DNA of 64,000 bases from Eledone cirrhosa (taxonomy: Eukaryota), in NCBI GenBank assembly GCA_964016885.1, contig OZ024742.1, positions 32,736,001 to 32,800,000 of the forward strand, in the 5' to 3' direction. The notes beneath the pieces are model-generated. The model made no database searches. It saw only the letters and a program-made list of their open reading frames with translations, and was not told the DNA's origin. Positions 53,820-64,000 of the stretch are shown here, piece after piece. A program made the position numbers and the translations under genes. How positions within the stretch are numbered: position 1 is the stretch's first letter; each line of letters opens with the position of its first letter.

Positions 53820-55647
53820 CTGAAAAATGCAATGACACATTCAAAATGTAAAATGAAACTCGAGTATCAGTAAAGTCAGAAAAACAAAACAATACTTTTA
53901 CCATATATTTCATGATATTTTGGGGTTAGGACTTCCTTTTTCAAAAGAAAGGAAACAAAGTTATTATCTTCATCATCATTATTACCCATTAATGTTTATT
54001 TTCCATGCTTGCATTAGACAGGTTGTCATGTTATGAGGCTAAACAGGTCAAGTGACCATGTCTTGCTCATAGGATCAATTTGTGGCTTGGTTTTCTACAG
54101 CGAGATGCTCTTTCTAATGCCACCTACATTACAGAGTGGATTAGGGGTGGAGAAAATGAGTAAAACTCTTCTGTGTGGATATTGGGGCTGGGGGTGGAGA
54201 TGACATGGCAGACTGGTGTAGTCACAACAGCTAATCAGCTTCATATAACTAATACTTGCTGTTTATGAGAGTTCTCAGTCTAATGAGGCCTTACAGTATT
54301 TGGTATGATGCCATGTTTCAGGTAGAGTTTAACCCTTTAGCATTTACATTACTCTTTGTAGTAAAAGCTTTATCTCACATAATATCGAATCTATGAGATT
54401 TTTATATTATTTATTTTAAGAACAATACCTTTACATCAGTATGAGTGGCCAGTTAAGCCAGTTTGAACAGAAAGAGGCAAGAGAATTCTGGCCAAATATG
54501 GCTGGTTTAAATGCTAATGGGTTAATAAACAAATTGATCTGGCAGCAGAGTTTAGCTTGTTTCTCCAATAATTTGAATAGTTTCAACATGATAGTAAATT
54601 TAGCCTGGTTGAGGAATGACGAAAACAAAGCACTATAGTATATATGAAGCATTGTGAAATCTGTCATGAGGATTCTTCCCCCAAACAATACTAATCATAT
54701 ATTTCACAATGCATAAACTAGTGCTTTGTAAAATATTTGTTTTTGTTATTGATTAATGTATCAACAGCAAATTGACAGAAAATGGATAATGACAATTTTA
54801 AAAAACTGAGGATTACAACTTGACATGGTAACATTGAATCAACATCATCATCGTTTTACATCCATTTTTTCCATGCTAGCATGGGTTAGACGAATTGTCC
54901 TGTTGTGGGCAATGCCAGGTCAGGTGACCATGTCTTGCACATACAGAACTGAATTGAATATATGTAAGTATAGACCAGTCACTTGTGGTGAACTTGTAGA
55001 TGCACCATAGTGACATACAGCATGTCTTAGGCATTTAAAACCTAGTGGAGCCCATCTCTCTCTAGGTCTAAACACAGATATCTTCCAGAGAAGGAGAGAG
55101 AGTGATAGAGAGAAAAGGAGAAAGAGATATAAAAGAAGAATCTATATCAGTACTGGACTGGTAACAGCTTTTATTGATCTGGGAAGGATGAAAGGTAAAG
55201 TTGATCTCAGCAGGATTTGGAAGAGCTGGAATGAATACTGCGAAGCATTCTATCTGACATTCTAATGTCTCTGCCAATTCACTAGATGGAGTAACATTAT
55301 TCAATCAATCTATATATAAATTTGAGCAACTTCCGTTCGTCCATCCGTCACACAATGTGCGTGTGAAAGAAAGGAAGGGGATAGTGAAAAAGCTATAGCA
55401 AAACAGTGGCTTACGTTCCATTTGCAACGCTGTGTGTGAGTGTATGTGTATGTGGGTGTGTGTTTGTGTGAATGTATGTGTATTTGTGTGAAAGTATGTC
55501 TGTAAGTGTATATTTTTAAAGTCTGTCTGTGTTTGCGTGTTTATATATATATACTCATATGTATAAATGTATGCACATACACACACACATATACACATAC
55601 ACGTCAGCATGTTGAAAAAAATCCTAGTATCTAAAACAACTACTTAC

Positions 55648-55879
55648 TTGGCCAGATACATATAATGGATGATATCAGCTTGTTCATGCATATTCTGTGA
55701 TTGTTTTAAGTTATCCACAAGCTCAGGAATATCGACTGAACCAAACATATCCATAAGGGCTTGGCTGGCTTCCTCAGAACTTCCTTTAATCTTATGAGGT
55801 TGCTTGGCAGACAATGGCTCCAATTCGGACAAGAGAGATGGATCTAACCCAAGTTTCAAGTGCTGTGGAATCTGGAACT
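55648..55879 (-). CDS. PHKA: PHKA exon (most 5' exon found): FQIPQHLKLGLDPSLL...LKQSQNMHEQADIIHYMYLAK
   Basis: Matches PHKA 'L.EQADILY.LY..K' motif. cag acceptor at 55880-82 and gtaagt donor. Ends phase 2, compatible with the next exon. Confidence 0.85.
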
Positions 55880-55980
55880 CTGTGTTGAAAAGTTAAAATA
55901 CAGTTAAATTTATGGTGTATAGACATTTTTTCAAATTCCAACGTGCCTGTCCTCTCAATCTATCTTATTTCTCATTCTTT

Positions 55981-56014
55981 CTTCTGATGAAGGACTAGCA
56001 TCCGAAACGTTAAG
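55981..56014 (+). ncRNA. Minimal hammerhead-like motif
   Basis: ctt CTGATGA aGGA ctagca TCC GAAA CG TT aag. A related copy lies at 5768-5800 (-). Confidence 0.6.
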
Positions 56015-56080
56015 ATCCACTTCCTGCTATATCAAGCGTTAACCTAATATACCCCTTCCATATACTGTAACGATTTTACA

Positions 56081-56117
<37 letters not shown>

Positions 56118-57929
56118 AATCATTTCAAATCCATTCTCACTGCTATCAAGGGTTGGAAGGGTCATCAACGACTATGTCATTACTTAATCAGAGCTACTGT
56201 AGCTCTAATTAAAAACTGACTTGGTCTGTAATAACCCATTCAGCTCATGATAGCAGGGAAAATGAATGTTAAATGATGGTGAAAATATATACTTCATCAT
56301 AGCCATGAAGCTACATCAGTAATTCAAGAGCCTAAAGTATCATGCTCAAAGTACTTATCAAACAATGAATCCTATAGATATATATTATATATATATATTC
56401 CCACATACACAAACTTTGAGTAGTCTCTGTAGACAATTGTGGATGTTTCTCAGGCTTATGGAGATTTGAAGTTGCTTGCATATTAGGATACCTCTATGTT
56501 TGCTCCATTCTAGTGCTCTATCATATATACATATATAAGTGCATAACAAACAAGGAATTTAAGAAATATTTTCCTGTAAGGTGCAACTGGTAAGATCATA
56601 TTCTGAAAATCTCAGCCATGGCTGTACACTTTGCTTGAGAAAAAGGTGATGTTGGTCAGTGCTGAAAAATGCTTTTTGATATATGTTTGCTCAGTCAAGG
56701 CTGACCTAATATGTTGTAACTGAACAACAACACATCATGTAAAGTATAGAAAAATCCATTGAGTCATTGAAAGAAGTACAATGACTGTTAGTGAAGAACT
56801 ACAGATGAGCCACTGATCACGGGTTCAAACCTAATTGTGTCATTGTATATGGTACATAATAAACTTGCTTTTCTGAGACAGCTTGATTGACAAAAATGTC
56901 ATGCTTGATAAATGGTAGAGCAGTTAGCTGTATAAATAACATCCAATAAAAACACTTTATATAATAACAAGCCAGATATTTTATTTTATAAACTATCCTA
57001 CTTTTCATAAAAAGAAAAAATATAGATAAAAATAACTGCAAAAAAGTGACACACATACACACATACAAATAAAAATAGAAAACCAATGCTATATCAGAGA
57101 AAAATAAAAAAAATTAAAACTCACAAAATTCCAAATATTTGCCTTTCTTTTAGCATAAATAAAATTTTACAAAAAAAAAAAAGGAAAAAAATCACAACAT
57201 TGAAATCATCTAATAGCAAAAAGATGTTTGTTATGCCAGTCAAGAAAGAGGAAAAAAAATGAGAAAAATAATTTAGTTTATCCTGTAGAAAAAATATCAA
57301 GTTAACAGACATTGGTATATTTTCACCATGATTATGATAAAAAAAAACCTACTTATATAGTATCAACTTGATGGAAAAATAAAGCTACATTGTTTGCTTG
57401 AAAAAGTACTTAAAACAGAAAATTGATGGTTTAAATTTGACTGGAGCAAACACAAGCAGAGGAATAGAGGCCAATACAACAAAATTGCTAATTAAAAATA
57501 ACTCTTAACCCCTTTAATGCCTACCTGCTTGGGATAAACACTATTTTTTTTAAAAATACAAAACTACCAGCTTTAGCAGTCCTTAAACATTTTTTTTTTT
57601 TTTTTTGCTTCATGCTCCATTATGACACCTTAAAAAATTTGATGCTGCCCTACATATAAAAATATGATTGCTCCTCAAAATATTCCAGCTAGTGCCAACA
57701 GGGTATATATAGCTGTTATAGCTAAATTAAAACCTATTAACATAGTTTTATGTAAAATATTTGCGTTATGTTCCAATTACTACAAAAAAGGACAACAACA
57801 AAAAAAAATGTTTTACTGAATCAACCTAATTTTTTTTTATTTCCTGAAGCACATAGCTAGAATATTTCTTTTCTTAGAAATTATAGTCACAAAAGGATTA
57901 AACTTACTTATATAGAATACATGGAAATG

Positions 57930-58113
57930 TAATAATTGTTTCTACTTTTGGCACAAGGCCAGCAATTATCCCAGTGTATTACTGGTACTTTATTTTATCA
58001 ACCCTGTAAGGATGAAAGGCAAAGTTAACCTCAGCAGGATTTGAACTCAGACCGTAAAGGGGCGTAACTCTATGCTGCAAAGTATGGCGTCCAACCCTCT
58101 ACCGATACTGCCA
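57930..58113 (-). mobile_element. tRNA-derived SINE (same family as 16735)
   Basis: Near-identical to 16735-16920. Confidence 0.85.
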
Positions 58114-59510
58114 AATATTATTTCCTTCTTAATAGCTGCTTGTATTTGTCAAGTAAAATTTAAACCACTCACTTTGAAATTAGTTGCCAATCACAAAAAT
58201 ATTAATTTACAGATTTAATGAACTTTAACCATTGCCAGGTATCAACATTATCAAAGGGAGAAGTGCTATTAAGAAAAATAAAATACAAATTACATGTAGA
58301 TCTTTAATTAAATATCTAAGATGAATTGATGTTAATTGATATAAGATTAACTTCTTGAGAAATAGTACAATTTTTAATGAATGTAGTTTGGAGAATGTAA
58401 TCTTGGAGATAATGCTTCTAATAAGAATGTGGTTTACAGAACACTGTGTGTATCCTGGCTTTTAAAATAGGTATATCATATCCCAGTATTTTGTAAGAAG
58501 CAAATAAAGGGGTTGACAACAGGAGAGAAACCTGGCCAGAAAACAATGCCTCAAACAGTTGTGTCCAACCTATTCCAGTACGGTTAAAGTAGACATAAAA
58601 TGGTGATAATGATGTCGCGTCTTATCATAACAATGAATTGTAAGCCAGATATATAGCAGAGGCTCTATCACTTATTTTAGCCTTGCTTGATCATTGCCAT
58701 CCCAGCATTTAACTTAGTAGTGCTAGGTTGTCTTGTTGGTGTCTTCTTTGTATTAGCTTTTGAAATATATCATGAAGTTGATATCCATAATTACAATAGC
58801 ACTGACAATTGCATATATATATGTATTTGTAAATTTGGATTAATATATTACAAAGGTATTGGTTATCATATAGAGTTTATATCCATAATTATAAGAGCAT
58901 TATTAAATACATTTTTGGGAACACTAATAATTTTAAAAGTTCATATATTTTTGTATGGGTTTCTATTTACCCATCTCTGCAGATTCATAGTTCCACAGCC
59001 TATATTTATTACATTTCGCTATTTAACAATTTAGTATAGCTCCTAGCTGTAAACTTATATATCAGTCACCTGACAATGGCAAAAGGACAAAAAAAAAAAA
59101 AATAAAAAAAAAAAATCGTCTAAAAGAAAAACAAGAAAATCTCTAGACAATTAAAAAATGCAAAGAGTACAAGATATGCATCAGATCAATTCAGTTCTCT
59201 TATTGAGGAAGACGAATAGAAAGCAAAACCCACACAATTTCTCCTGAGCACCCATGTTATTGAAGCAAAAAATGAGTAAGAAATCAGTCAGTTAAAGCTG
59301 AACATATATATATATATATGATATTTATGAGTAAACAATCAAGAATAGCTCAATACACTTTAAACATACTCCTGCGAGCTTCTTACTACTACAGTATGTG
59401 ATGATTTTTTTTTCTATTTTGATTTAAAGCTGACAAATAACTGTGAAAATATATACTCTAACATGTAGATATTTGTAACATTTGAAAAAAAAAAAATATA
59501 TATACAATGA

Positions 59511-59943
59511 TAAATGGAAACTATATTTATAAAACCATATTTATTCTATTATATATATTTCAAGGGTACTAAAATCTTTGGTACGCTTTCATCAGATAAA
59601 ATACAAAGTGTGTTTTATAAATTTTGACATAGCCAAGGAACATACCTTATTGGTTGAAGTTCCACTATCCAAGGAAAACTTCAACCGACAAGGCATGCCC
59701 CCTGGCTATGTCAAATCCACAAAACAAACCTTGCACCCTATCCGATGAAAGCGCACCAAAGCTTGTCGGTTGAAGTTTTCCTTGGTTAGTGGAACTTCAA
59801 CCGATAAGGTATGTTCCTTGGCTATGTCAAAATTTATAAAACACACTTTGTATTTTATCTGATGAAAGCGTACCAAAGTTTTTGGTACCCATGAAATATA
59901 TATAATAGAATAAATATGGTTTTATAAATATAGTTTCCATTTA
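59511..59943. repeat. Nested fold-back element: ~180-bp inverted arms (59511-59692, 59762-59943)
   Basis: Direct reverse-complement match between arms. The spacer is a mutated copy of the arm. Confidence 0.93.
59851..59912 (+). ncRNA. Hammerhead ribozyme in right arm of fold-back (mirror copy 59542-59603 on minus strand)
   Basis: 8-bp stem I tattttat/atagaata, CTGATGA, long stem II gtacca/tggtac, GAAA TATATA TA. Confidence 0.7.
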
Positions 59944-60044
59944 TTTAATATCATTGAATATTATACTCCAGAAAACTTGTCGAGTGCTCTGAATCAGTTA
60001 TAAACATATTTGTTGAATTACCAACAAATTGAATATCCCTTCTG

Positions 60045-60100
<56 letters not shown>

Positions 60101-62117
60101 CAGTTAAATAAGAAACATTAGGAAAATTTGAACTGTAGTTGTTCCAACACAAATGACAAAAATAATAGTTGATCATAATAAATAATAATTGAGATGGAAA
60201 AAAGTGAACAAAGGCTCCTACAAGGAATCAAACCCCACATCTCTTGGATGCTAGGCAAGTGAGTTAACTATTATGCTATGGGATCCTTGGCCATCAGACA
60301 CAAGCATAAAGTCTTCTAAAAGATGACAAATAGTGGCCAGGAAGCTCTTAAAATAATGGTTGCATGACATCTAAGAGATGTTTGGTTCAATTCTTTGCAG
60401 ATGCCTCTCTTCACCGTTTTCTATCTCCAGGAGTACTTTACCCAGTTTTATCGACTATCATTTATAGTGATTACCTATTGTTACAGTCATTTTAATGTGG
60501 TTTTATTGTGAAAGGCATTAGCACACTTAATATATACATGTGTTGGGAAAGTCTTTGGAATCTATTTTAAGTGAATATATATACTAAGGACATTAATACA
60601 ATAACAAGCATTCAAACTAGAATCTGAGTGGAATATATGCCTGACCTTCCAGAGACAAAAGTAACATTATCTGATCATATACACTCAAGGTGTGTCAATT
60701 CATGAAAGTCTTCTAGAAGTTTGGAAGTATTTTCTCTTACTATTATATAGGCAAATATATACTGATCCTATTAATATATTTAGGGTATTTTCTGGCACAG
60801 CCAGACGATATCTCTAAATGTAAATGAGGCTAATCAGCCCATGTATATAGGTACCTAAACTATATGTTTTCGCCTATATTGAGTTCCAGCAGTGAGTGGG
60901 GTAGGGTGCACTGGCTTGATAACGACCAGAGTCAGAAATGATGATGACATTATTGTCAGTTACCTATCCACTAGATGTCACTACACCATTGGTTTCCAAA
61001 TCCATAGCTGAAGGCTTTCAAAATAATTATTTATAAACATACCGTATATCGCTAGATATACAAATTCACATACTATATATATATATATTTTTTTTTTTGT
61101 AAATTTAGAATGAGTGCTGGATAGTGTAAGAAACTTTATAAAGTGTTTGCGTAATTTCAATCCATATTTCAATGAGGACACTACGTTTAAAACTGACAAT
61201 GCTGTATTTTCACATTCTGGATATGTTTACCACACAATGTGTTATTTGCTCCAGATGAACAAATATAGAAGCTGATTTGTTTATACAAATAGCTACTGAA
61301 TGTGTACTTAATACTGTCTATGTAGCCATCACCAGTATTGTGTTATATTCATGACCAAGAAAAATCAAATCTTATGGAACTAGTTAGGCAATTTTAATAA
61401 AAAGTATAATAGTGAAACAGCTTATTGCAGTAAGAATTGTGTAATGAGAAGTATTTTACTAACTAGCAGTGGCTGAGTTGAGATCTACTTTTGAGAAAAG
61501 ATAAAGTTTCTAAAGATGCATTATGTTCAAATATTATGATAGTCACATCATAATTACCATAAAAATGTTAGAAGCCAATGTAACTTTTAACAATGATAAA
61601 TGTAATTTTCTTATGCCAGAGAAATAAACAAATTTTCAATGAATTTTTTGTTTTGGCACAATAAAAAAACAAAAATTAATACAGAACATTCTAAGAAGTT
61701 CTACAATGGATCTGTGAACATTCAACTGCCATCATAGAAAATAATTTCAGTACATTTTCTTATTTGCAATGAATATCTTAATATGTAAAACCAGTAAAAT
61801 TTTATGATGAAGATGTAAACATTTTACTTTTTCTTTACAATAAAGTTTTTCAATGCATTTTCTTCACATTTTTAATATTGCTGAAATAACATTGGTGACT
61901 TTCATAAACCAGGTATATATATATATAATGTTCACTGGACTTTTGGAAACATGGAAGCATTTGCCTATTGCATATTAACTCCTTCATATAATTGTGTTAA
62001 AATCTGATGATATCGCAACAGTGCCAGTTGCTGTTGTAATGATCACATAACAGCTCCACGTTGGTGTCACTGAAATACATATTGTGCAATAAATATGATT
62101 ATGTAACATCTGTCTTA

Positions 62118-62149
<32 letters not shown>

Positions 62150-64000
62150 ATGTATATATATATATATATAAATTGGTGAAATTGTTTGAGCATTAGACAG
62201 GGTGCCTCACAGTACCTGTTCTGGCTCTGTGTTCAAATTTGCTTTAAAATATATGATTTATTTTGTAGTGCTTAAGGAAAAGCATAACTATAGTTATCCT
62301 TGTCCTCCTCCTCTTTCAATCTTTTCTATATTTCATCTGCCTGTCACCAACCTTGTGGATTGTTTCTCTGTTGACCACTGGTCACTGGTCTCTGTCCCCC
62401 GAGGCACTTTTGCCCATCGCTGTCTTTGACAGCATTTAGCTGTTTTAATCCCTGTTCTAGTGATGAGTTTCCTCATTTTTATATGTATAACTACAGTGTT
62501 TTCTTCAAATAAAGAAACTGCTCTATGTTGAAGCAATGACCTGATAGTCAAAACATAAGCAGCTTGAAGGATATAATGGTTACTGCAGTAACTTGTTTCT
62601 TTGATCTCAATTTTGGCTCCATCTCTCTTCATTTAAATAAATTAACCTGTCTAGGACAGTGGATTGGTGGAATTGTTAGAACATCAGATAAGATGCTGTA
62701 TGGTATCTGCTCTGCTTCTGTACATTCTGAATTTAATCCTGCCTATTACTAGGAAAATGGTAACAGGATAGGACTGAGGCCCCTATAGTTAAAACATCCA
62801 AGAAACCTCATATGTGATGCAGCCCGAAGTCAGCTAAACCTACATAAGTAGGAGCCATAATGACAACAGTATTCCAGAAATATAGCAATTCTCTCCATTT
62901 TAAAAACAAAAATGTCTCTCCTTGCTATGATTATTACAGTCTTCATATTAATATTGAAGGTTTGTTTGCTGAAGCACTATTGAAAGTCAGTAAAAGATAT
63001 CAAACAAATATCAGGAGCTTAACTTCACTTTAGAACCTCTCAAGTATTGGTGCCATGATAAAATGCATCTTGCATAATTTGTAAAGTTGGTGGTAGGAAG
63101 GGCATCGAACCATAGAAACCATGCCAAACATTGGAATGTACAAGCATGACATGATCCCAAACTTACCTAAGAGGATAGTAACTTCAAATAAGAATTTACT
63201 CTGATTTTAATGATCCATCTAACCTATGTTAGCATGGAAATGAGTGTAAAGTCCTGATATCTATAAATTTTAGTATAGTAAAATGTTTTAAAATCTTTAA
63301 GAAAGATACAAAGTAATTAAATTTTAGAACAGGATGCAATTTGCATGATGACATTGACTGTATTTTTTTATGCAAATATAGAGCCAGATTACTTAAACCA
63401 TGCAAATGTGACAGTTCTGTTGACAGCCATATGCAAACTAAGTCAACGACGCAGCATCTGTACGGTCATCTGGATTGTTATAATTCTTAAATAAATTGCA
63501 GCCTACCATATTTTTTTAATATACGACATATAAAATAATGTAGTCCTAGACATGGTATGCCTGAAAAAAAAAAGACATGAAGGTCACTGCTGGAATGCTT
63601 TTGAGCATAGGTCAGCTCAATTAGGACAGATCCCAGGCTAAACAACAACAACAATCACATGCAAAGATGTAGATACTGCATTTAATTCCATGCAACCTAT
63701 AGTAACTGCATACATTATTAGAAAGATTTGAAGTAATTACAACACCAAGACAAAGTTCAATGCCTTGTAATACATGGTTTGTTGAAATATGTTATTTCTA
63801 TTGGATACATTAGAATAAGTTAAATATTAACCCTTTAGCATTTACACTACTTTATATTTACTGTTATATTTTCACAGTAAAGACTTTACCTCACATATCT
63901 CACATAATATCAAACCTATGAGATTTTGATATTATTTATTTTGAGAAGAATACCTTAACATCAGTACAAGCAGCCGGTTACAGCCGATTTGAACAAAAAG

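Noticed and set aside
55309-55629. Helitron-like element (TCTATATATAAA...CTAG)
   Set aside because: No convincing subterminal hairpin and only one copy in the window.
56100-64000. Further upstream PHKA exons (acceptor-like sites at ~57283, 60915, 62070)
   Set aside because: No phase-compatible open exon with a donor or PHKA similarity found by eye.

Overview
AT-rich, repeat-dense animal genomic DNA; the SINE/RTE repertoire looks cephalopod (octopus-like), which is an inference. The minus strand carries the 3' half of a phosphorylase kinase regulatory alpha subunit gene (PHKA). Eleven conserved, phase-compatible exons run from 55879 to the stop at 2868 and end in a CaaX box (CAIS*). A ~39 kb gap (46869-7681) over the variable phosphorylation region holds several small candidate alternative exons, including a possible 4-nt micro-exon. 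Introns contain a near-intact 991-aa RTE LINE, many truncated RTE and CR1/L2 copies, tRNA-derived SINEs, piggyBac-type MITEs, minisatellites, a decayed Penelope-like element and several minimal hammerhead ribozymes, often inside fold-back palindromes. Highlights: (1) a hammerhead-bearing fold-back at 59.5-59.9 kb whose spacer is a genomic copy of its own arm with about 15 A-to-G changes in ADAR-like context; (2) a double fold-back scar giving a 1.3-kb near-perfect LINE palindrome; (3) the micro-exon cluster.
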